A stretch of 64,000 nt of DNA from the NCBI GenBank assembly GCA_963716255.1, contig OY970303.1:6976001-7040000 (forward strand), in the 5' to 3' direction. Below the pieces are notes generated by a model, which saw only the letters and a program-made list of their open reading frames with translations, did no database searches and was not told the DNA's origin. The position numbers and the translations under genes were made by a program. Origin of the DNA: an uncultured Gemmatimonadales bacterium (GTDB lineage Bacteria; Gemmatimonadota; Gemmatimonadetes; Longimicrobiales; Longimicrobiaceae). This document shows positions 43,201 to 56,400 of this stretch, one piece after another. Numbering within the stretch: position 1 is the stretch's first letter; every line of letters begins with the position of its first letter.

Positions 43201-46200
43201 GGGCGAGGCCCTGTTCCGGAGCCTGGTGGTGTTCGAGAACTACCCCGAGGACCGGGCGGTGCACGAGAGGGCGGGGAGCGTGGAAGGGGTGCGGGCGCGG
43301 AGCAACCTCGTGCGGGGGCGGTCCAACTATCCGCTGTCGCTGGTGGCGCAGGGCGTCGCGCGGCTGAGCCTGGAGATCCACCACGACCGCGGCCAGGTGG
43401 ACGCGGAGGCGGCGGAGCGGCTGGCGAGCCACCTTCACGTGCTGCTGGAGGGGATGGCCACCCACCCCGAGCGCCGCCTGGCGGAGGTGGGGCTGCTGGG
43501 CGAGGGCGAGCGCGCGCGGGTGCTGGCGACGTGGAACGCCACCGCCGCCCCCCACCCCTTCGCCCCGGTGCACGAGCGGGTGTCTGCGCAGGCCGCGCGC
43601 ACCCCCGGCGCGGTGGCGGTGGTCTTCGGGGACGAGCGGCTGAGCTACGCCGCGCTGGAGCGCCGCGCGGGCGACCTCGCCGGCCGGCTGCGGCGGCTGG
43701 GCGTGGGACCCGAGACCCGCGTGGGCGTGTGCCTGGAGCGCGCGCCGGGGCTCGTCGTCGCCATGCTCGCCGTCCTCCGGGCGGGCGGCGCCTGTGTCCC
43801 GCTGGACCCGGCGCATCCGGCGGAACGCCTCCTCGCGCTGCTGGACGAATCCGGCGCCCGGGTCGTGGTGACCGCCGGCGCGGCGGCCGCGCGGCTCCAC
43901 GGGTACGCGGGCGCCGTGGTTCGCCTGGACACCGGCGCGGTGGCGGCCGGCCGGGCGCGCAGCGAAGCGCCGGCCGTCGCCGTCTCGGCGGAAAGCCTGG
44001 CGTACGTCATCCACACCTCCGGCTCCACCGGACGGCCCAAGGGGGTGATGGTCTCGCACGGAAGCCTGGCCAACTACCTGGCCTGGATCGGGCGAGCCGT
44101 GCTGGACGACCGGCCCGGCGCCATCCCCCTGCTCAGCCCGCCGACGTTCGACGCCTCGCTGAAGCAGCTGTTCCATCCCCTGCTGCGCGGCGAAGCGGTG
44201 TGGATCCTCCCGGAGGCCGTCGCCGCCGACCCGTCCGCCCTGCTCCGGGCGCTGGGCGGCCGCGGGGCGGTGGTGGTCAACTGCGTCCCGTCGCTCTGGT
44301 CGGCCCTCCTGGAGGCCCGGGCCGCCGCGGGTGCGCGGGGGCTGGAGAACGTCCGCCAGGTGCTCCTGGGGGGAGAGCCGCTCCCGGCCGGGCTGGTGCG
44401 TGCCACGCGCGAGGCGTGTCCCCGGGCGCGGATCTGGAACCTGTACGGTCCCACCGAGGCCACCGCCAACGCCACGGCGGCACGCCTTGAGCCGGGCGGA
44501 CGGGTGTCCATCGGGAGGCCGGTGGACAACGCCCAGGCGTACGTGCTGGACGCGGAGCTCGGGCCCGTGCCCGTGGGCGTGCCCGGCGAGCTGTACGTGG
44601 GCGGCGCGGGGCTGGCGCGCGGGTACCTGGGGCGGCCGGAGCGGACGGCCGAGGCGTTCCTCCCCGGGCCCTTCGGCGCGCCGGGAAGCCGGATGTACCG
44701 GACCGGCGACCGCGCCTGCTGGACGGCCGACGGGGAGCTGGAGTACCTGGGGCGGGCGGACCGGCAGGTGAAGATCCGCGGGTTCCGCATCGAGCCCGGG
44801 GAGATCGAGGCGGCGCTCCTGGCGCACCCCGGCGTGAGCGAGGCCGTGACGGTGGTGCGCGAGGACGAGCCGGGGGATCGCCGGCTGGCGGCCTACGCTG
44901 TGACGGCGCCCGGCGCGACGGTCCCGCCCACGGAGGGAGAGCTGCGGGCCCACCTCGGGGCGCGCCTCCCCGGGTACATGGTCCCCGGCTGGATCGTGCT
45001 GCTGGAGGCGCTGCCGCGGACGTCCAGCGGCAAGCTGGACCGGGGCGCCCTCCCCGCGCCGGCCGGCGCCCGCCGGGAGCGCGACCCCGTGGCCCCGCGC
45101 ACGGTCACCGAGCTCCGGGTCGCCGGGGTGTTCAGGGAGGTGCTGAACGCCGGGCCCGTGGGCGTGGACGACGACTTCTTCGAGCTGGGCGGGCACTCCC
45201 TGCTCGCCACGCGCGTGGTCTCGCGCCTCCGCGCCGAGCTCGCGGTGGAGGTGCCGCTGCGCGCGATCTTCGAGGCGCCCACCGTGGCGGCGCTTGCCCG
45301 GTCCGTCGACGCGATCCTCGGCACGGAGGCGCCCCCCGCCCCGCGCATCCCCCGCCGGCCGGGCGGCGGTCCCGCGCCGCTGTCGTTCGCGCAGCAGCGG
45401 CTCTGGTTCATCCACCAGCTCGACCCGCTGGGCAGCGCCTACAACATGCCCTACGCGCTGCGCCTGCGCGGCGCCCTGGACGTGGCGGCGCTGCGCCGCA
45501 GCGCCACGGAGCTGGCGCGCCGCCACGAGGCGGTGCGCACCGTCCTGGTCGCCGCGGGGGGCGAAGCCGTGCAGGTCGTCCTCCCCGCGGCGCCCGTGCC
45601 CTGTGCCGTGGTGGACCTCGCCGCGCTCCCCGGGGTGCCCCGTCTCGCGGAGACGATGCGCCGGGTGGACGAGGAGGGGCGGCGCCCCTTCGACCTCGCG
45701 CGCGGGCCGCTGCTCCGCATGCTGCTCGTGCGCCTGGCGGAGGAGGACTGGGCACTCTGCTTCACCATGCACCACGTCGCCAGCGACGGCTGGAGCATGG
45801 GCGTCCTGGTGCGCGAGGTGTCCGCTCTGTACGGAGCGTACTCGCGCGGGGAGGAGTCGCCGCTCCCCGAGCCGGACCTCCAGTACGCGGACTTCGCCGT
45901 CTGGCAGCGCGCGTGGCTCGCCGGCGAGCGCCTGGACGCGCAGCTCCGCTACTGGCGCGAGAAGCTGGAGGGCGCTCCGCGGGTGCTGGATCTTCGCACC
46001 GACTTCCCGCGCCGCAGCGCAATGGGCGTGATCGAGAAGGGGCGGCCGTTCGAACTCGCCGCCGGGCTGGCGGGGGCGCTGCGCGAGCTGGGCCGGCGCG
46101 AGGGCGCGACGCTGTTCATGACGCTGCTGGCCGCCTGGCAGGCGCTGCTGGGGCGCTACACAGGCCACGACGACGTGGTCGTCGGCACCGTGATCGCGAA

Positions 46201-49200
46201 CCGCACGCGCGCGGAGCTGGAGGGGCTGATCGGCTTCTTCGTCAACGCGCTGGTGCTGCGCGGCGACCTGTCGGGCGATCCGGACACCCGGGCGCTGCTG
46301 GGGCGCGTGCGGGAAACGACGCTGGGCGCTTTCGCGCACCAGGAGCTGCCCTTCGAGCGGCTGGTGGAGGAGCTGGCCCCCGAGCGCAGCCTGGAGCACA
46401 ACCCGCTCTTCCAGGTGGTGTTCGCCCTCCAGAACATGGAGCGGGGCGTGCTCGCGCTGGGCGGCGTGGAGATGGAGCCGCTGGGCCGCGGAGACACCGG
46501 GGCGAGGTTCGACCTGGGGGTCACGCTCTTCGAGGACGGGGAACGGGTCGTGGGGCACGTCGACTTCCGCGCGGACCTGTTCGAGGGCTCGACCATCGAC
46601 CGCATGGCCGAGCACTTCCACCTCCTGCTGGAGGCGATGGCCGCCGACCCCGGCCGCCGCCTCTCGGAAGTGTCGATCCTGTCCGCCGCCGAGCGGGCCC
46701 GGGTGCTGGAGGCCTGGAATTCCACGGACGCCCCGCACGACGACCAGGATCTCGTCCACGACCGGTTCGCGCGGCAGGCGCGCCTCACCCCCCACGCGCC
46801 GGCGGTGCGCGCCGGGGAGGACTCGCTCACCTACGCGGAGCTCGACCTCCGCTCCCAGCATCTGGCCCATCACCTCCGCGGCCTGGGCGTGGCGCCGGAG
46901 GTGCGCGTGGGGATCTGCCTGGAGCGCGGCCTGGAGCTGGCCGTGGCGGTGCTGGGCGTCCTCAGGGCCGGCGGCGCCTACGTCCCGCTGGACCCGGCGT
47001 ATCCCGCCGGGCGGCTGGCCTTCATGCTGGAGGACGCGGCCCCCGCGGTGCTGCTGACGCGGCCGGAGCTGCTGGACCGGCTGCCGGCGTTCGGCGGAGC
47101 CGTGGTGTGCATGGACCGCGACGCGGCGGAGACCGCGGCGCCGGCGGACGATCCGCCCGGGGGCGCCCCGTGCCCCGAGAACCTGGCGTACGTCATCTAC
47201 ACCTCGGGCTCCACCGGCAGGCCCAGGGGCGTGGGCGTTCCGCACCGCGCGCTCGCCAACCACATGAGCTGGATGCAGCGCGCCTATCCGCTCGCCGCGG
47301 ACGACCGGGTGCTGCACAGGACGCCGCTCTCCTTCGACGCTTCCGTCTGGGAGATCTTCGCCCCGCTCCTCGCCGGGGCCACGCTGGTCATGGCTCCCGG
47401 CGACGCCCATCGCGATCCCGCCGAGCTGGCGCGGACGCTCGTGGGGCAGGGGATCACCATCCTTCAGCTCGTGCCCTCCCTCCTTCGGGCCGTCCTGGAG
47501 GACGGCGGGCTGGAGCGCTGCACCACCCTGCGGCGCCTCTTCTGCGGCGGGGAAGCGCTCGCCGCCGAGCTCGCGGAGCGCGCCGGCGCCGCGTGCCGGG
47601 CGGAGGTGGTGAACCTGTACGGACCCACGGAGGCCTGCATCGACGCCGCCTCGCACACGTACACCGGGGACGGGGACGGGGACGGCGCGGCGGTGCCCAT
47701 CGGGAGGGCGGTGGACAACCTGCGCGCTTACGTGCTGGACCCGGTGGGAGCCCCGGTCCCGGTGGGGGTGCCCGGGGAGCTCCACCTGGCGGGCGCCGGG
47801 CTGGCGCGGGGATACCTGGGCGCGCCCGCGCAGACCGCCTGCCGGTTCGTTCCCGACCCGTTCTCCCGGGAGCCGGGGGCGCGCGCGTATCGCACCGGAG
47901 ACCGCGTGCGCTGGCGGGAGGACGGCGTCCTGGAGTTCCTGGGACGCATGGACCAGCAGGTCAAGATCCGCGGCTTCCGCATCGAGCCCGGCGAGGTGGA
48001 GGCCGTGCTCGCCGGGCACCCCCGGGTGCGCGCGGCGGCGGTGGTGGTGCGCGACGCCCCTTCCGGCGAGCCCGGCGACCGCCGCCTCGCGGCCTACGTG
48101 GTTCCCGGCGGCGAGCCGGACGGAGCCCCGGCCGCGCGGCTCCAGGAGGAGTCCGTGCGGCAGTGGGAATCGCTCTTCGGCGCGACCTACGGCGGCGGGG
48201 CGGGGGAGGAGGACCCCGCCTTCAACCTCGCCGGGTGGAACAGCAGCTACACCGGGGAGCCCATTCCCGGGGACGAGATGCGGGAGTGGGTGGAGGACAC
48301 CGTCGGCTGCCTGCGCGCGCTGCGTCCGCGGCGGGTGCTGGAGATCGGGTGCGGCGCCGGGCTCCTGCTCTTCCGTCTGGCTCCCGGCTGCGAGGAGTAC
48401 TGGGGGACCGACTTCGCCCCCGCGGCGCTCTCGTACCTGCGGGAGCAGCTGGCGCGCCCCGGGCGGGAGCTTCCCGGGGTGCGGCTGCTGGAGCGCGCGG
48501 CGGAGGACTTCGGCGGCGTGCCGGACGCTCACTTCGACCTGGTGGTCGTCAACTCGGTCGTGCAGTACTTCCCCGGCGTGGAGTACCTGCTCCGGGTGCT
48601 GGAAGGCGCGGCCGCGGCGCTCGCCCCGGGGGGGACGCTGTGGGTGGGCGACGTGCGCAGCCTCCCCCTTCACGAGGCCTTCCACGCCTCGGTGGAGCTG
48701 GCGCGGGCGCCGGAGGAGCTGCCCGCCCGGGCGCTGCGCGACCGCGTCCGCGGGCGGGTGGCGCGCGAGGAGGAGCTGCTGGTGGACCCCGACCTGTTCC
48801 GTGCGCTGCCGGGCCGCCTCCCGCGGATCTCGGGCGTGGAGACGCGGCTCAGGCAGGGCCGCCACCTCAACGAGATGACCCGCTTCCGCTACGACGTGCT
48901 GCTGCGCGCGGCCCCGGAGGCGGCGCCCGCCGCCCCCGCGTGGCGCCGCTGGGACGAGCTGAGCGGGCTGGAGGCGGTGCGCCGGCTGCTGGACGACCGG
49001 GCACCGGAGGCGCTGGCGGTCTCGGGCGTCCCGAACCCGCGCGTCGCCGGGGCGCTGGCCGTGCTGGACGCGCTCGCCGACGCGGCCGGAGCGGGGAGCG
49101 CGGGCGAGCTGCGCGCGCTGGCGGCGGAGCGGGAGGCGCGCGCCCCCGATCCCTGGGCCTTCCGGGAGCTGGCGGAAGCGCGGGGCTACCGCATCCGTGC

Positions 49201-52200
49201 GCGTGGGTCCACGCGGGGGCCCGGCGAGTACGACGTGCTCCTGTTCCGGGAGGGCACGGCGGCGGCGCTCCCGGAGGAGCCCGGCGCGCCCCGCCCCTGG
49301 AGCGCGCTCGCGAACGACCCGCTGGCGAGCCGGCGGGGAGAGTGGCTCCTGCCGGAGCTGCGCGCCTGGCTCGGGGAGCGGCTGCCGGAGCACATGGTGC
49401 CGTCGACCCTCACGATGATGGAGACGCTTCCGCTCACTCCCAGCGGCAAGACCGACCGCCGCGCGCTCCCGGAGCCCGAGGCCGCCCGGGCGGACGCGGC
49501 GCTCCAGGCGCCGCGGAGCGCCGCCGAGGAGATGCTGGCCGGCATCTGGGCGGAGGTGCTGGGGCTGGAGCGGGTGGGGGTGGCGGCGAGCTTCTTCGAG
49601 CTGGGGGGCCACTCGCTGCTGGCGACCCGGGTGGTCTCGCGGGTGCGGCAGGCGTTCGGGGTGGAGCTGCCGCTGCGGGCCATGTTCGAGTCGCCCACCG
49701 TGGCCGCGCTTGCCCTGCGGGTGGAGGCCGCCCTGGGCGCGGAGCCCTCCGCCGTCCCGCCCGTCACCCCCCGACGGGGGGACGGCCCGGTGCCGCTCTC
49801 GTTCGCGCAGCAGAGGCTGTGGTTCATAGACCAGCTGGACCCCCGGAGCTCGGCGTACAACGTGCCGGCCGCGCTGCGGATCCGCGGCGGCCTGCGCCCG
49901 GACGTGCTGGAGCGCGCGCTCACCGAGATCGCGCGGCGGCACGAAGCGCTGCGCACCGTGTTCGGCTCCGCCGGCGGCGAGCCGGTGCAGCTCGTACGTC
50001 CTCCCGCGCCGGTGCGTGTCCCGGTGGCCGACCTGCGCCGCCTCGGCGCGGCGGCGCGCGAGGCCGAGGTCCTTCGCCTCGCCGCCGGGGAAGCGGCGCG
50101 GCCCTTCGACCTGGCGCGGGGACCGCTCCTCCGCGCCGCCGCCGTCCGGCTGGCCGAGCAGCGGTGGGCCGTGTTCTTCACCCTGCACCACATCGTCTCC
50201 GACGGGTGGTCCACGGGCGTGCTGGTGCGCGAGGTCTCCGAGCTGTACGGGGCGCTTTCCGAGGGGCGCGAGCCGCGGCTCCCGGAGCTGCCGGTGCAGT
50301 ACGCCGACTACGCCGCCTGGCAGCGCGCCTGGCTGGCGGGCGGGACGCTGGAGGCGCAGCTCGCCTGGTGGCGCGAGCGGCTTCGCGGCGCCCCGCCGCT
50401 GCTGGAGCTGCCGACGGACCGTCCGCGGCCGAAGGTGATGGACGCGCGCGGCGCGTCCGTCGGGATCGACCTGCCCCAGGAGCTGTCCCGGGACATCGAG
50501 GCCCTGTCGCGGCGCGAGGGGACGACGCTGTTCATGACGCTCCTGGCCGGGCTGCAGGTGGTCCTTGCCCGCTGGTCGGGGCAGGACGACGTGTCCGTCG
50601 GCTCCCCCATCGCCAACCGCGCGCGGCTGGAGACCGAGAAGCTGATCGGCTTCTTCGTCAACACGCTGGTGATGCGGACCGACCTCGCCGGCGACCCCAC
50701 CGTGCGCGAGCTGCTGGGCCGGGTGCGCCGGGGCGCGCTGGGGGCGTACCAGCACCAGGACGTTCCCTTCGAGCGCCTGGTGGAGGAGCTGGCCCCCGAG
50801 CGCAGCCTGTCCCACTCGCCGCTCTTCCAGGTGCTCTTCGCCCTCCACGACGCCGATGCCGGAGAGCTGCGCCTGGGCGCGCTGGAGATGGAGCCGCTGG
50901 CCGCGCCGCCGGAGGGCGCCAAGTTCGACCTGGCGATCCACGTAGGGGGGGCGGGGCGCGTCGCCGGGAGCGTGCAGTTCCGCACGTCGCTGTGGGAGCG
51001 CGCCACCGTGGAGCGCATGGTGGAGCACCTGGCCGCCGTGCTCCGGGGGATGGCCGCGGCGCCGGAGGGGCGCATCTCCGGGCTGGAGCTGCTGGGCGCG
51101 GGCGAGCGGGTGCAGGTGCTCCACGCCTGGAACGCCACGCGGGCGGAGTACCCGGTGGAAGGCGGCCTCGCCGCGCTCTTCGAGGCGCAGGCGGCGCGCA
51201 CGCCGGACGCCCCCGCGCTGGTCTTCGGGGACCGGGCGCTCAGCTACGCCCGGCTGGAGCGGGAGTCCGGCCGCCTCGCCCGGCACCTCGCGGCCCGGGG
51301 CGTGGGGCCGGACGCGCGGGTGGGGCTGTGCGCGGAGCGCTCGCCGGAGATGGTGATCGCCGTGCTGGCGACGATCCGGGCCGGCGCGGCGTACGTCCCG
51401 CTGGACCCCGCGTACCCCGCCGGGCGCCTGGCGTACATGCTGGAGGACTCCGCGTGCCGCGTGCTGCTCACCCAGGAACGGCTCGTCCCCCGTCTCCCGC
51501 CGCACGGGGCGGAAGTGGTGCTACTGGACGGGGAACGCGACGATGCCGGAGACGCGGTCGCACTTTCGCACCCGCCGTCCCCCGAGAACCTGGCCTACGT
51601 CATCTACACCTCGGGCTCCACGGGGCGGCCCAAGGGCGTGGCGATGACGCAGCGGCCGCTTCTCAACCTGGTCGCCTGGCAGCTCCGCGAGTGGAGCGGC
51701 CGCCCGGCGGCGCGCACGCTCCAGTTCGCCTCCATCAGCTTCGACGTGTCCTTCCAGGAGATGTTCTCCACCTGGGCCTCCGGGGGCACGCTGGTGGTGA
51801 TCCCCGAGGAGACGCGCGGCGACGTGGCCGCGCTGGCCCGGCTGGTGGAGCGGGAGCGGATCGAGCGCATCTTCCTGCCCTTCGTCGCCCTGCAGCACCT
51901 GGCCGGGGCGGCGCTGGAGCAGGGGATCGTCCCGGCCGCGCTGCGCGAGCTGACGACGGCCGGCGAGCAGCTGCGGGTGACGGAGGAGGTGCGCGCGTGG
52001 CTGGCGGCGATGCCGGGGTGCGAGCTGGTGAACCAGTACGGCCCCTCGGAGACGCACGTGGTGTCGGCGCTGCGGCTGCGGGGGGACCCGGCGGCGTGGC
52101 CGGTGCTCCCCGCCATCGGCGGGCCGATCGCGAACACCCGGCTGTACGTGCTGGACGGCTCGCTGCGGCCCGCGCCGGTCGGCGTCCCGGGGGAGCTGTA

Positions 52201-53008
52201 CCTGGGCGGCGACGGCCTGGCCCGCGGCTACCTGGGCCGGGCGGAGCTGACGGCGGAGCGGTTCGTCCCGGACCCCTTCGGCGGGGTCCCGGGCGGCGCG
52301 CGGCTGTACCGCACGGGGGACCGGGCGCGCTGGCTGGCGGGCGGGGAGGTGGAGTTCCTGGGGCGGGCGGACCAGCAGGTCAAGGTACGCGGCTTCCGCA
52401 TCGAGCCCGGCGAGGTGGAGGCCGTGCTGGAGGGCCACCCGGCGGTGCGGCGGGCCCTGGTGCACGCGTACGAGCACGCCCCGGGCGACCGCCGGCTGGT
52501 GGGGTACTTGGTCCCGGAGGAGGGGGCGGAGGCGCCGGACGCGGCGGAGCTGCGCGACTTCCTCGGCGCCCGGCTCCCGGAGTACATGGTGCCGCCGGCC
52601 TTCGTGGTGCTGGAGGCGCTGCCGCTCACCCCCAGCGGCAAGGTCGACCGCCGCGGGCTCCCGGCGCCGGACGCGGCGGCCGGCGAGGCGTACGTCGCGC
52701 CGCGGACCCCGACCGAAGAGGTCCTGGCGCAGATCTACGGCGAGGTGCTCCGCGTGGAGCGGGTGGGGGTGCGGGACGACTTCTTCGCGCTGGGCGGCCA
52801 CTCGCTGCTGGCGACGCAGGTGGTCTCCCGCGTGAGGAGGGTGCTGGGGGTGGAGGTGCCGCTTCGGGCCGTGTTCGCGGCGCCCACCGTGGCCGCGCTG
52901 GCCGCGCGCGTGGAAGAGCTTCGTGCCACGGCGGCGCCCCCGACGCGGGACGTGGCCGCGGTTGACCGGTCCACTAGGGTCAGGACCAGGGAGCGGCCGC
53001 GGACGTAG
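34232..53008 (+). CDS. Hybrid PKS-NRPS: KS-AT-T-C-A-T-E-C-A-T-C-A(NMT)-T-C-A-T
   Basis: KS (TACSSS, EAHGSGT, KSSIGHL), AT (GHSLG, HAFHS), four A domains, an E domain after a GGDSI carrier, and a SAM motif VLEIGCGAG. There is no TE. ATG 34232 was chosen because it precedes [10 protein letters not shown]; the ORF opens at 34052. Confidence 0.96.
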   Translation: MRSAGEHHVAIVGMAGRFPGARDVDEFWRNLRSGAPSLRRFTEAELAAAGVSPREFRAPGYVPVAGELEGAELFDAAFFGLTPREALVMNPQQRVFLECAWEALERAGYASRGFGGRMGVYASEGDNRYLLDVLSQRSLVQAVGAMQVFLHNAASVATLTSYKLGLKGPSLNVQTACSSSLVAVHLACQGLRTGETDVALAGGVRISVPRGRGYRYQPGGILSPTGEVTPFDAEARGSVAGSGAGVVVLKRLADALADGDVIHAVIRGSAINNDGDEKMGFTAPQWEGQAAVIREALAVAGVEAGDVTYVEAHGSGTEVGDPIEVTALTAAFGRGRPGSCALGAVKSSIGHLDAAAGVMGLIKAVLALENGEIPPSPYYRTPNPRIDLERSPFYVNAELRPWARGGTPRRAGVSSFGMGGTNAHVVLEEAPKGKPSGPSRPWQLLVLSARTSSALDAATSRLAEHLRAHPEQKLADVAHTLGVGRRRFAHRRVLVCRGREDAAAALETLDARRLVEGVQERDTRPVAFLFPGVGDHYAQMARGLYEAEPVFRREVDRCAELLHAHTDTDVLEALFPGDPAPEQTAGGAAADGGAEESIDLRGMLAGGAARSGDPLGQTEAAHPAVFVVEYALARLWMSWGVCPQAMIGHSLGEYVAATVAGVFTLEDALELLAYRAGLISGLPAGAMLAVPMEPSALAPRLRGGLALAAHNAPGLCTVSGPVEAVAALEAELIAEGVACRRLNAEHAFHSAEMEPVAAGLADRLRAMRLAAPEVPFVSNVTGTWIRAEEATDPEYWARHLTRTVRFAEGMGELLRDGSRVLLEVGPGRTLGTFALHAGAAESAVFASLRHAYTRRADQAHLLETLGRLWVAGVRVDWEAFAAGERRRRTLLPTYPFERQAYWVERQRRPRRRRPGAPKAGRAAVGEGVAGALPAGLAEVASEYATGQATGLQPRPETGTRYVAPEGELQARMAALWGDLLGFQDIGAHDDFFSLGGHSLLATQLIARVQDEFGAAVSLNAVFDDPTVAGMAAKVAALRADAHAELPSAIHPAPRTGPLPVSYHQERLWVLDRLEPGSPMYNVPTGSWLRGPVDVDAGRRALAEILRRHEVLRSVYAETGDGLVQVVREDTEVPLPVDDLSDVPEAERLRTVRARFTAEARRPLDLENGPVVRARLLRLDAELHALLVTFHHIIMDGWSGGVFIHEWTTLYGAFRAGKPSPLPELPIQYADYAVWQREQLSGERLEEHLAFWRESLRGVSPVLELPTDRPHPPVQSYRGGLYGAALAPALVERVRALAAREHTTFHVVLAAAFQALCFRYTGQEDFAVGSVAANRRPETEGLIGFFINTIPVRARPSARLRFAEVVGQARAFMAAAYAHAEVPFQMILDEVKPERDSSRNPLIQVMLGIQAPGAHGPPPEDESGMTTQLLEDSVLPLGDSGTSKFDLTILVEEGAEPSAMLEYNSDIFERATAVRFLEHYVVLLEAVVEAPGTALEDIALLLPEERRQLLEGWASATGLPPAPVGLEAALSSQTGTIPGRVPGRDGYSVAELEALAEWVASALRLARPGEEAVEAGGAWVPVHERVLARAAETPDAVAVASGGERLTYGELARRSAEVAVRLRGLGAGPETRVALLAGRSPELVVGMLATLRAGAAYLPIDPGTPAERVRVILADAAAPVVLADAALAERLEGFGGGVIVLDAPLPQDNSVEAGAREALPQNWGRVAALRPPGGGLSADPDSAAYVIYTSGSTGTPKGVVVTHGGLANLVDWHLGEFAVTAADRATQLAGLGFDAAVWETWPYLAAGAALHLVADEDERTSPEALQALLLERGITLAFVPTPLAEGMLGLEWPRDAALRALLTGGDALRARPAAGAPFALVNNYGPTENTVVATSGAVGPEGGGRAPGIGRPIRGVRAYVLDPGLNPVSMGVPGGLYLAGAGVARGYLGQAAMTAEAFVPCPFGEAGGRMYATGDRVRWLAGGELEFLGRTDHQVKLRGFRIEPGEVESVLLRNARVRECVVVVRQDAGGRRMVAYVAGSGLPDAEALRTRLRESLPEYMVPGAFVALERLPLTSSGKVDRGALPDPAREDGGDHAAPRTPAERALTEVWSEVLGVERVGIHDRFFELGGDSILAIRVATGARRAGLQLLPRQLFEHATIAELARVVGTAAAIVAEQGPVTGPAPLAPIQRSFFAQDDVAPHHYNQAVMLVPPRALRPRLLERALTALAAHHDTLRLRFRSGKDGWTQLHAPAGEHVPLAVIDLSRLDGAPRGGALAGAADQVQVSLALERGPVARAAHFHLGDGGPGRLLLVLHHLAVDGASWRILLEDLESAYLQLERGEPVRLPPKTTSWKTWTERLAEHSRALETVAEAAYWISQARRKVAPLPLDDPEGEDTARGEASIAVRLDADETGALLRDVAAAYRASIDEVLLGALASTVARWTGDGRVRVELEGSGRDEERFADLDLSRTVGWFTSLYPAVLELPEDRGAGAVLKAVAEQLRRVPHRGLGYGLLRWGGGKRAGEKLAAAPRSEVAFGWLGQLEETVAEHTFFRLAPEPAGASQDPRRVRSHRLEVIGAVKGGRLSVTFGYGAATHRRETIERVAAWYAEELRALIAHCRGAGAGGRTPDDFPLAGLDQAALDTLLGSERGGVEDVYTLTPMQEGMHFHSLLSPGSGVYVGQFGYLLEGPLDVQALDRAWQYAVGRHEILRASFAWEGLPRPVQVIHREATLPFRVEDWRGLGGAERQVRLEQHLEADRLAGFDTGRAPLMRVGLFRLEEEEHQLLWTHHHLVMDGWSLSLLFRDVLAAYAAHVRGEAPRAAPGVRFREYVAWLERQDRSRAENFWRRALAGFDSPTPLPVPGTARTGEEGQGTAALLLSEERSAALQERARRWGVTPSTLVQGAWALLLARYAGTDDVLFGATVSGRPADLPGAEEIVGLFINTLPVRVRLRPRATLGEWLAQLQGEQAEAREHDYAPLVEVRKWSDVPAGEALFRSLVVFENYPEDRAVHERAGSVEGVRARSNLVRGRSNYPLSLVAQGVARLSLEIHHDRGQVDAEAAERLASHLHVLLEGMATHPERRLAEVGLLGEGERARVLATWNATAAPHPFAPVHERVSAQAARTPGAVAVVFGDERLSYAALERRAGDLAGRLRRLGVGPETRVGVCLERAPGLVVAMLAVLRAGGACVPLDPAHPAERLLALLDESGARVVVTAGAAAARLHGYAGAVVRLDTGAVAAGRARSEAPAVAVSAESLAYVIHTSGSTGRPKGVMVSHGSLANYLAWIGRAVLDDRPGAIPLLSPPTFDASLKQLFHPLLRGEAVWILPEAVAADPSALLRALGGRGAVVVNCVPSLWSALLEARAAAGARGLENVRQVLLGGEPLPAGLVRATREACPRARIWNLYGPTEATANATAARLEPGGRVSIGRPVDNAQAYVLDAELGPVPVGVPGELYVGGAGLARGYLGRPERTAEAFLPGPFGAPGSRMYRTGDRACWTADGELEYLGRADRQVKIRGFRIEPGEIEAALLAHPGVSEAVTVVREDEPGDRRLAAYAVTAPGATVPPTEGELRAHLGARLPGYMVPGWIVLLEALPRTSSGKLDRGALPAPAGARRERDPVAPRTVTELRVAGVFREVLNAGPVGVDDDFFELGGHSLLATRVVSRLRAELAVEVPLRAIFEAPTVAALARSVDAILGTEAPPAPRIPRRPGGGPAPLSFAQQRLWFIHQLDPLGSAYNMPYALRLRGALDVAALRRSATELARRHEAVRTVLVAAGGEAVQVVLPAAPVPCAVVDLAALPGVPRLAETMRRVDEEGRRPFDLARGPLLRMLLVRLAEEDWALCFTMHHVASDGWSMGVLVREVSALYGAYSRGEESPLPEPDLQYADFAVWQRAWLAGERLDAQLRYWREKLEGAPRVLDLRTDFPRRSAMGVIEKGRPFELAAGLAGALRELGRREGATLFMTLLAAWQALLGRYTGHDDVVVGTVIANRTRAELEGLIGFFVNALVLRGDLSGDPDTRALLGRVRETTLGAFAHQELPFERLVEELAPERSLEHNPLFQVVFALQNMERGVLALGGVEMEPLGRGDTGARFDLGVTLFEDGERVVGHVDFRADLFEGSTIDRMAEHFHLLLEAMAADPGRRLSEVSILSAAERARVLEAWNSTDAPHDDQDLVHDRFARQARLTPHAPAVRAGEDSLTYAELDLRSQHLAHHLRGLGVAPEVRVGICLERGLELAVAVLGVLRAGGAYVPLDPAYPAGRLAFMLEDAAPAVLLTRPELLDRLPAFGGAVVCMDRDAAETAAPADDPPGGAPCPENLAYVIYTSGSTGRPRGVGVPHRALANHMSWMQRAYPLAADDRVLHRTPLSFDASVWEIFAPLLAGATLVMAPGDAHRDPAELARTLVGQGITILQLVPSLLRAVLEDGGLERCTTLRRLFCGGEALAAELAERAGAACRAEVVNLYGPTEACIDAASHTYTGDGDGDGAAVPIGRAVDNLRAYVLDPVGAPVPVGVPGELHLAGAGLARGYLGAPAQTACRFVPDPFSREPGARAYRTGDRVRWREDGVLEFLGRMDQQVKIRGFRIEPGEVEAVLAGHPRVRAAAVVVRDAPSGEPGDRRLAAYVVPGGEPDGAPAARLQEESVRQWESLFGATYGGGAGEEDPAFNLAGWNSSYTGEPIPGDEMREWVEDTVGCLRALRPRRVLEIGCGAGLLLFRLAPGCEEYWGTDFAPAALSYLREQLARPGRELPGVRLLERAAEDFGGVPDAHFDLVVVNSVVQYFPGVEYLLRVLEGAAAALAPGGTLWVGDVRSLPLHEAFHASVELARAPEELPARALRDRVRGRVAREEELLVDPDLFRALPGRLPRISGVETRLRQGRHLNEMTRFRYDVLLRAAPEAAPAAPAWRRWDELSGLEAVRRLLDDRAPEALAVSGVPNPRVAGALAVLDALADAAGAGSAGELRALAAEREARAPDPWAFRELAEARGYRIRARGSTRGPGEYDVLLFREGTAAALPEEPGAPRPWSALANDPLASRRGEWLLPELRAWLGERLPEHMVPSTLTMMETLPLTPSGKTDRRALPEPEAARADAALQAPRSAAEEMLAGIWAEVLGLERVGVAASFFELGGHSLLATRVVSRVRQAFGVELPLRAMFESPTVAALALRVEAALGAEPSAVPPVTPRRGDGPVPLSFAQQRLWFIDQLDPRSSAYNVPAALRIRGGLRPDVLERALTEIARRHEALRTVFGSAGGEPVQLVRPPAPVRVPVADLRRLGAAAREAEVLRLAAGEAARPFDLARGPLLRAAAVRLAEQRWAVFFTLHHIVSDGWSTGVLVREVSELYGALSEGREPRLPELPVQYADYAAWQRAWLAGGTLEAQLAWWRERLRGAPPLLELPTDRPRPKVMDARGASVGIDLPQELSRDIEALSRREGTTLFMTLLAGLQVVLARWSGQDDVSVGSPIANRARLETEKLIGFFVNTLVMRTDLAGDPTVRELLGRVRRGALGAYQHQDVPFERLVEELAPERSLSHSPLFQVLFALHDADAGELRLGALEMEPLAAPPEGAKFDLAIHVGGAGRVAGSVQFRTSLWERATVERMVEHLAAVLRGMAAAPEGRISGLELLGAGERVQVLHAWNATRAEYPVEGGLAALFEAQAARTPDAPALVFGDRALSYARLERESGRLARHLAARGVGPDARVGLCAERSPEMVIAVLATIRAGAAYVPLDPAYPAGRLAYMLEDSACRVLLTQERLVPRLPPHGAEVVLLDGERDDAGDAVALSHPPSPENLAYVIYTSGSTGRPKGVAMTQRPLLNLVAWQLREWSGRPAARTLQFASISFDVSFQEMFSTWASGGTLVVIPEETRGDVAALARLVERERIERIFLPFVALQHLAGAALEQGIVPAALRELTTAGEQLRVTEEVRAWLAAMPGCELVNQYGPSETHVVSALRLRGDPAAWPVLPAIGGPIANTRLYVLDGSLRPAPVGVPGELYLGGDGLARGYLGRAELTAERFVPDPFGGVPGGARLYRTGDRARWLAGGEVEFLGRADQQVKVRGFRIEPGEVEAVLEGHPAVRRALVHAYEHAPGDRRLVGYLVPEEGAEAPDAAELRDFLGARLPEYMVPPAFVVLEALPLTPSGKVDRRGLPAPDAAAGEAYVAPRTPTEEVLAQIYGEVLRVERVGVRDDFFALGGHSLLATQVVSRVRRVLGVEVPLRAVFAAPTVAALAARVEELRATAAPPTRDVAAVDRSTRVRTRERPRT
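39381..39435. repeat. Intragenic in-frame REP-like palindrome
   Basis: CCCTCCCCC-AGAATT-GGGGGAGGGTGGCG-N11-GCCGGGTGGGGGCCT, the same element as 18802-18856. Confidence 0.8.
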
Positions 53009-53185
53009 AGCGAGCCGGCCGCGCGGCCCGCGGGACCTCGCCGACGGAGACCGCCCGGGGCAGACGCTCGCTCCGGACGGTTCCCGCTTCCTGCCCGCTC
53101 CCGTCTACGAGGAGCCGTCGCCCGCGCTCTCCAGCGGACGGACGACCATGGCACGATGCGGAGTGCGGGTGGGGCTCGCCAACCG

Positions 53186-53222
53186 GTTGCGCTTAATTTC
53201 AGACCCTTATTAATTCAATCGG
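53186..53222 (+). promoter_or_regulatory. AT-rich promoter-like motif upstream of the FAAL-NRPS
   Basis: GTTGCGCTTAATTTCAGACCCTTATTAATTCAATCGG, which matches 33993-34029. Confidence 0.65.
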
Positions 53223-53460
53223 CTGGAGCGAGGCGCGGATTGCAGGGAGGTGGGAGCCTGTGTGCGGGGTGGTCGGCTCGCCGGCGGGATCGAGCCGGCT
53301 GCGGCACCGCGGAGGCGCTCGCCGCTCCCCCGTGCTGCCCTTCATCTCCGGCAGACGCTCGGTTTTATTTCGTACCGGAGCGGATCGTGGAGGGGCGCTC
53401 CTGATCGGCCCCAGCTTGTTTTCGTTGATGCCGCCTGTCCCATACCCGTTTGCCGCTCAG

Positions 53461-56400
53461 ATGCCGAATCCGCACGACGCCTCCTCGCTCGTAGAGCTCC
53501 TGCGCCTCCGCGCGGACGACGACCCGGACCGGATCGCCTACACCTTTTTGCTCAACGGGGAGGCGGAGGAGGGGCACGTCACCTACGGCGAGCTCGACCT
53601 GCGCGCCCGTGCGGTCGCGGCCCGCCTCCAGGCGCTCGGCGCCCGCGGGGAGCGGGCGCTCCTGCTCTACCCGCCGGGGCTGGAGTACATCGTCGCCCTC
53701 TTCGGCTGCTTCTACGCCGGGGTGACCGCGGTCCCCGCCTACCCGCCGCGCCGCAACAAGACCGACCCGCGCCTGCGGAGCATCGTCGAGGACTGCGCGC
53801 CCACGCTCGCGCTGACCACCCGCGAGCTGCTGGGCGAGGCGGAGGGGCTGTGCGCCCACACGCCGGAGCTGGGCGGGCTGCGCTGGCTGGCCACCGAGGA
53901 CGTCCCCGCCGCCGAGGCAGAGGGGTGGCGCGACCCGGAGGTCGGCGGCGAGACGCTGGCCTTCCTCCAGTACACCTCGGGCTCCACTGCCGCGCCCAAG
54001 GGGGTGATGGTCAGCCACGGCAACCTCCTCCACAACTTCGCCGTCATCGAGGGCTTCTGCGGCTACACGCCGCAGACGCGCTCGGTCATCTGGCTGCCGC
54101 CGTACCACGACATGGGGCTGATCGGCGGCATCCTGCAGCCGCTGTTCACCGGGTACTGGGCCGCGCTGTTCTCGCCCGTGGCGTTCATCCAGCGTCCGGC
54201 GCGGTGGCTGGAGGCGATCTCGCGCTACCGGGCCACCAGCAGCGGCGGGCCCAACTTCGCCTACGAGCTGTGCGTGCACGCGGTGCGGCCCGAGGAGCGT
54301 GCGGGGCTGGACCTGAGCCACTGGGAGATCGCCTTCAACGGGGCGGAGCCGGTGCGTGCCGAGACGCTGCGCGCCTTCGGCGAAGCGTTCGCGGAAAGCG
54401 GGTTCCGGGAGCGGGCGTTCTTTGCGTGCTACGGGCTGGCCGAGGCGACGCTGATGGTGACGGGGAGCCAGCCGTCGGAGCCGCCGGTGGTGCGGGCGGT
54501 CGATGCCGGGGCGCTGGGGGAGGGGACGGTGATCGAAGCGGAGGCGGAGGGACGCTACCGGCTGGTGGGGAGCGGGCGGAGCGCGCCGTCGCAGCGGGTG
54601 CTGATCGTGGATCCGGCGACGCTGCGGGAATGCGCGCCGGACCGGGTGGGCGAGGTGTGGGTGGCGGGCGCGAGCGTGGCGAGCGGGTACTGGGGGCGTC
54701 CCGAGGCGACGGCGGAGACCTTCGGCGCGTACGTGGCGGGGACCGGCGAAGGACCCTTCCTGCGCACCGGGGACCTGGGCTTCCTGGACGATGGCGAGCT
54801 GTTCATCACGGGGCGTCTCAAGGACCTGATCGTCATCCGCGGGCGCAACCACTACCCGCAGGACATCGAGGAGACCGCCGCCCACAGCCACGCGGGTCTG
54901 CGCGCGGGGAGCGGCGCGGCGTTCAGCGTGGACGAGGGCGGGGAGGAGCGGCTGGTGGTGGTGCAGGAGGTGTCGCGCCAGGCGGCGGCCGGGCTGGACG
55001 TGGAGGAGGTGGCGGATGCGATCCGTCGGGCGGTGGCGAGCGAGCACGGAGTGCATGTGCACGCGGTGGCGGTGGCGCGCACGGGCGGGGTGCCCAAGAC
55101 GACGAGCGGCAAGGTGCAGCGGCGGGCGTGCCGGACGGCGTTCCTGGCGGGGGAGCTGCCGCTGGTGGGGGTGAGCGTGCGGGAGGCGGCGGCGCGCGCG
55201 GCGGCGGCTGCGGCGGCGCCGGGGCTGACGCGCGAGGCGCTGGAGGCGGCGGAGGCGGGGGAGCGGCAGGCGCTGCTGGAGGCGTACCTGGTGGAGCGGG
55301 CGGCGCGGGTGCTGGGGGTGGACGCGGCGGGGGTGGACCGGGAGCAGCCGCTGGTGGCGCTGGGGCTGGACTCGCTGCGGGCGATGGAGCTGAAGGGGGC
55401 GCTGGAGGCGAGCCTTGGGGCGGTGGTGCCGATCGCCGCGCTGCTGGACGACACCCGGATCGACCGGCTGGCCGCCGACCTCCTGGCAGAGATCTTCGCC
55501 GCGCCGGCCGGAGCGTCCATGGCCGTGGCGGAGGGGGAGGCGCCGCTGTCCTTTGCGCAGGAGCGGCTGTGGTTCCTGGACCGGCTGCGGCCGGGGAGCA
55601 CGGCGTACAACCTGGCCGGGGCGCTGCGGATCTCCGGCTCGCTGGACGCGCACGTGCTGGGCCGCGTCCTGGGAGAGATCGTTCGGCGCCATGAATCGCT
55701 GCGCACCGTGTTCGCCGACGCGGAGGGACGGCCGGTGCAGCGGGTGCTGGCCGCCGGGGCGCTGCCGCTCCCGGTGGTGGACCTGTCCCGGCTGGACGCG
55801 GCGGAGCGCGAGAGCGCGGCGCGCCGCGCCGCCGAAGCGGTGGCGCGCACGCCCTTCGACCTGGAGGCGGGGCCGCTCTTCCGCGCGCGGCTGCTGCGGC
55901 TGGATGCCGGGGAGCACCTGCTGGTGCTGGGGATGCACCACATCGTCAGCGACGGCGGGTCGGCCGGGGTGCTCATGCGGGAGCTGGGCGAGCTCTACCC
56001 GGCCATGCTCGCCGGAGAGGAATCCTCCCTGCCGCCGCTGCCGGCGCAGTACGCCGGCTGGGCGCTGCGGCAGCGCGAGGAGCTGCGCGGCGAGGTCGTG
56101 GAGGAGCAGCTCGCCTACTGGCGCGAGCGCCTGCGCGGCGTGGCGCCGCTGGCGCTGCCCACGGACCGCGCGCGGCCCCCCGGGCAGAGCTTCCGGGGAG
56201 CGACGCACCGCTTCGAAATCCCCGCGGAGGTGATGGACGGCGTGCGCGCGCTCGCCCGGGGCGAGGGGGCGACGCCCTTCATGGCGCTGCTGGCCGCGTG
56301 GGACCTGCTCCTGGCGCGCTACAGCGGCGAGGACGACGTAGCCGTGGGGACCACCGTCTCCAGCCGCGACCGCGCGGACGTGGCGGGGCTGGTGGGGATG

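Noticed and set aside
34490..51505. 5671-aa antisense ORF, also 53365-59073 and 59089-62970
   Set aside because: A codon-register mirror of the megasynthases, a common high-GC artefact with no domains.
51558..51571. TCGCACTTTCGCAC short repeat in an A-domain loop
   Set aside because: Under two units and seen once here; too short to call an element.
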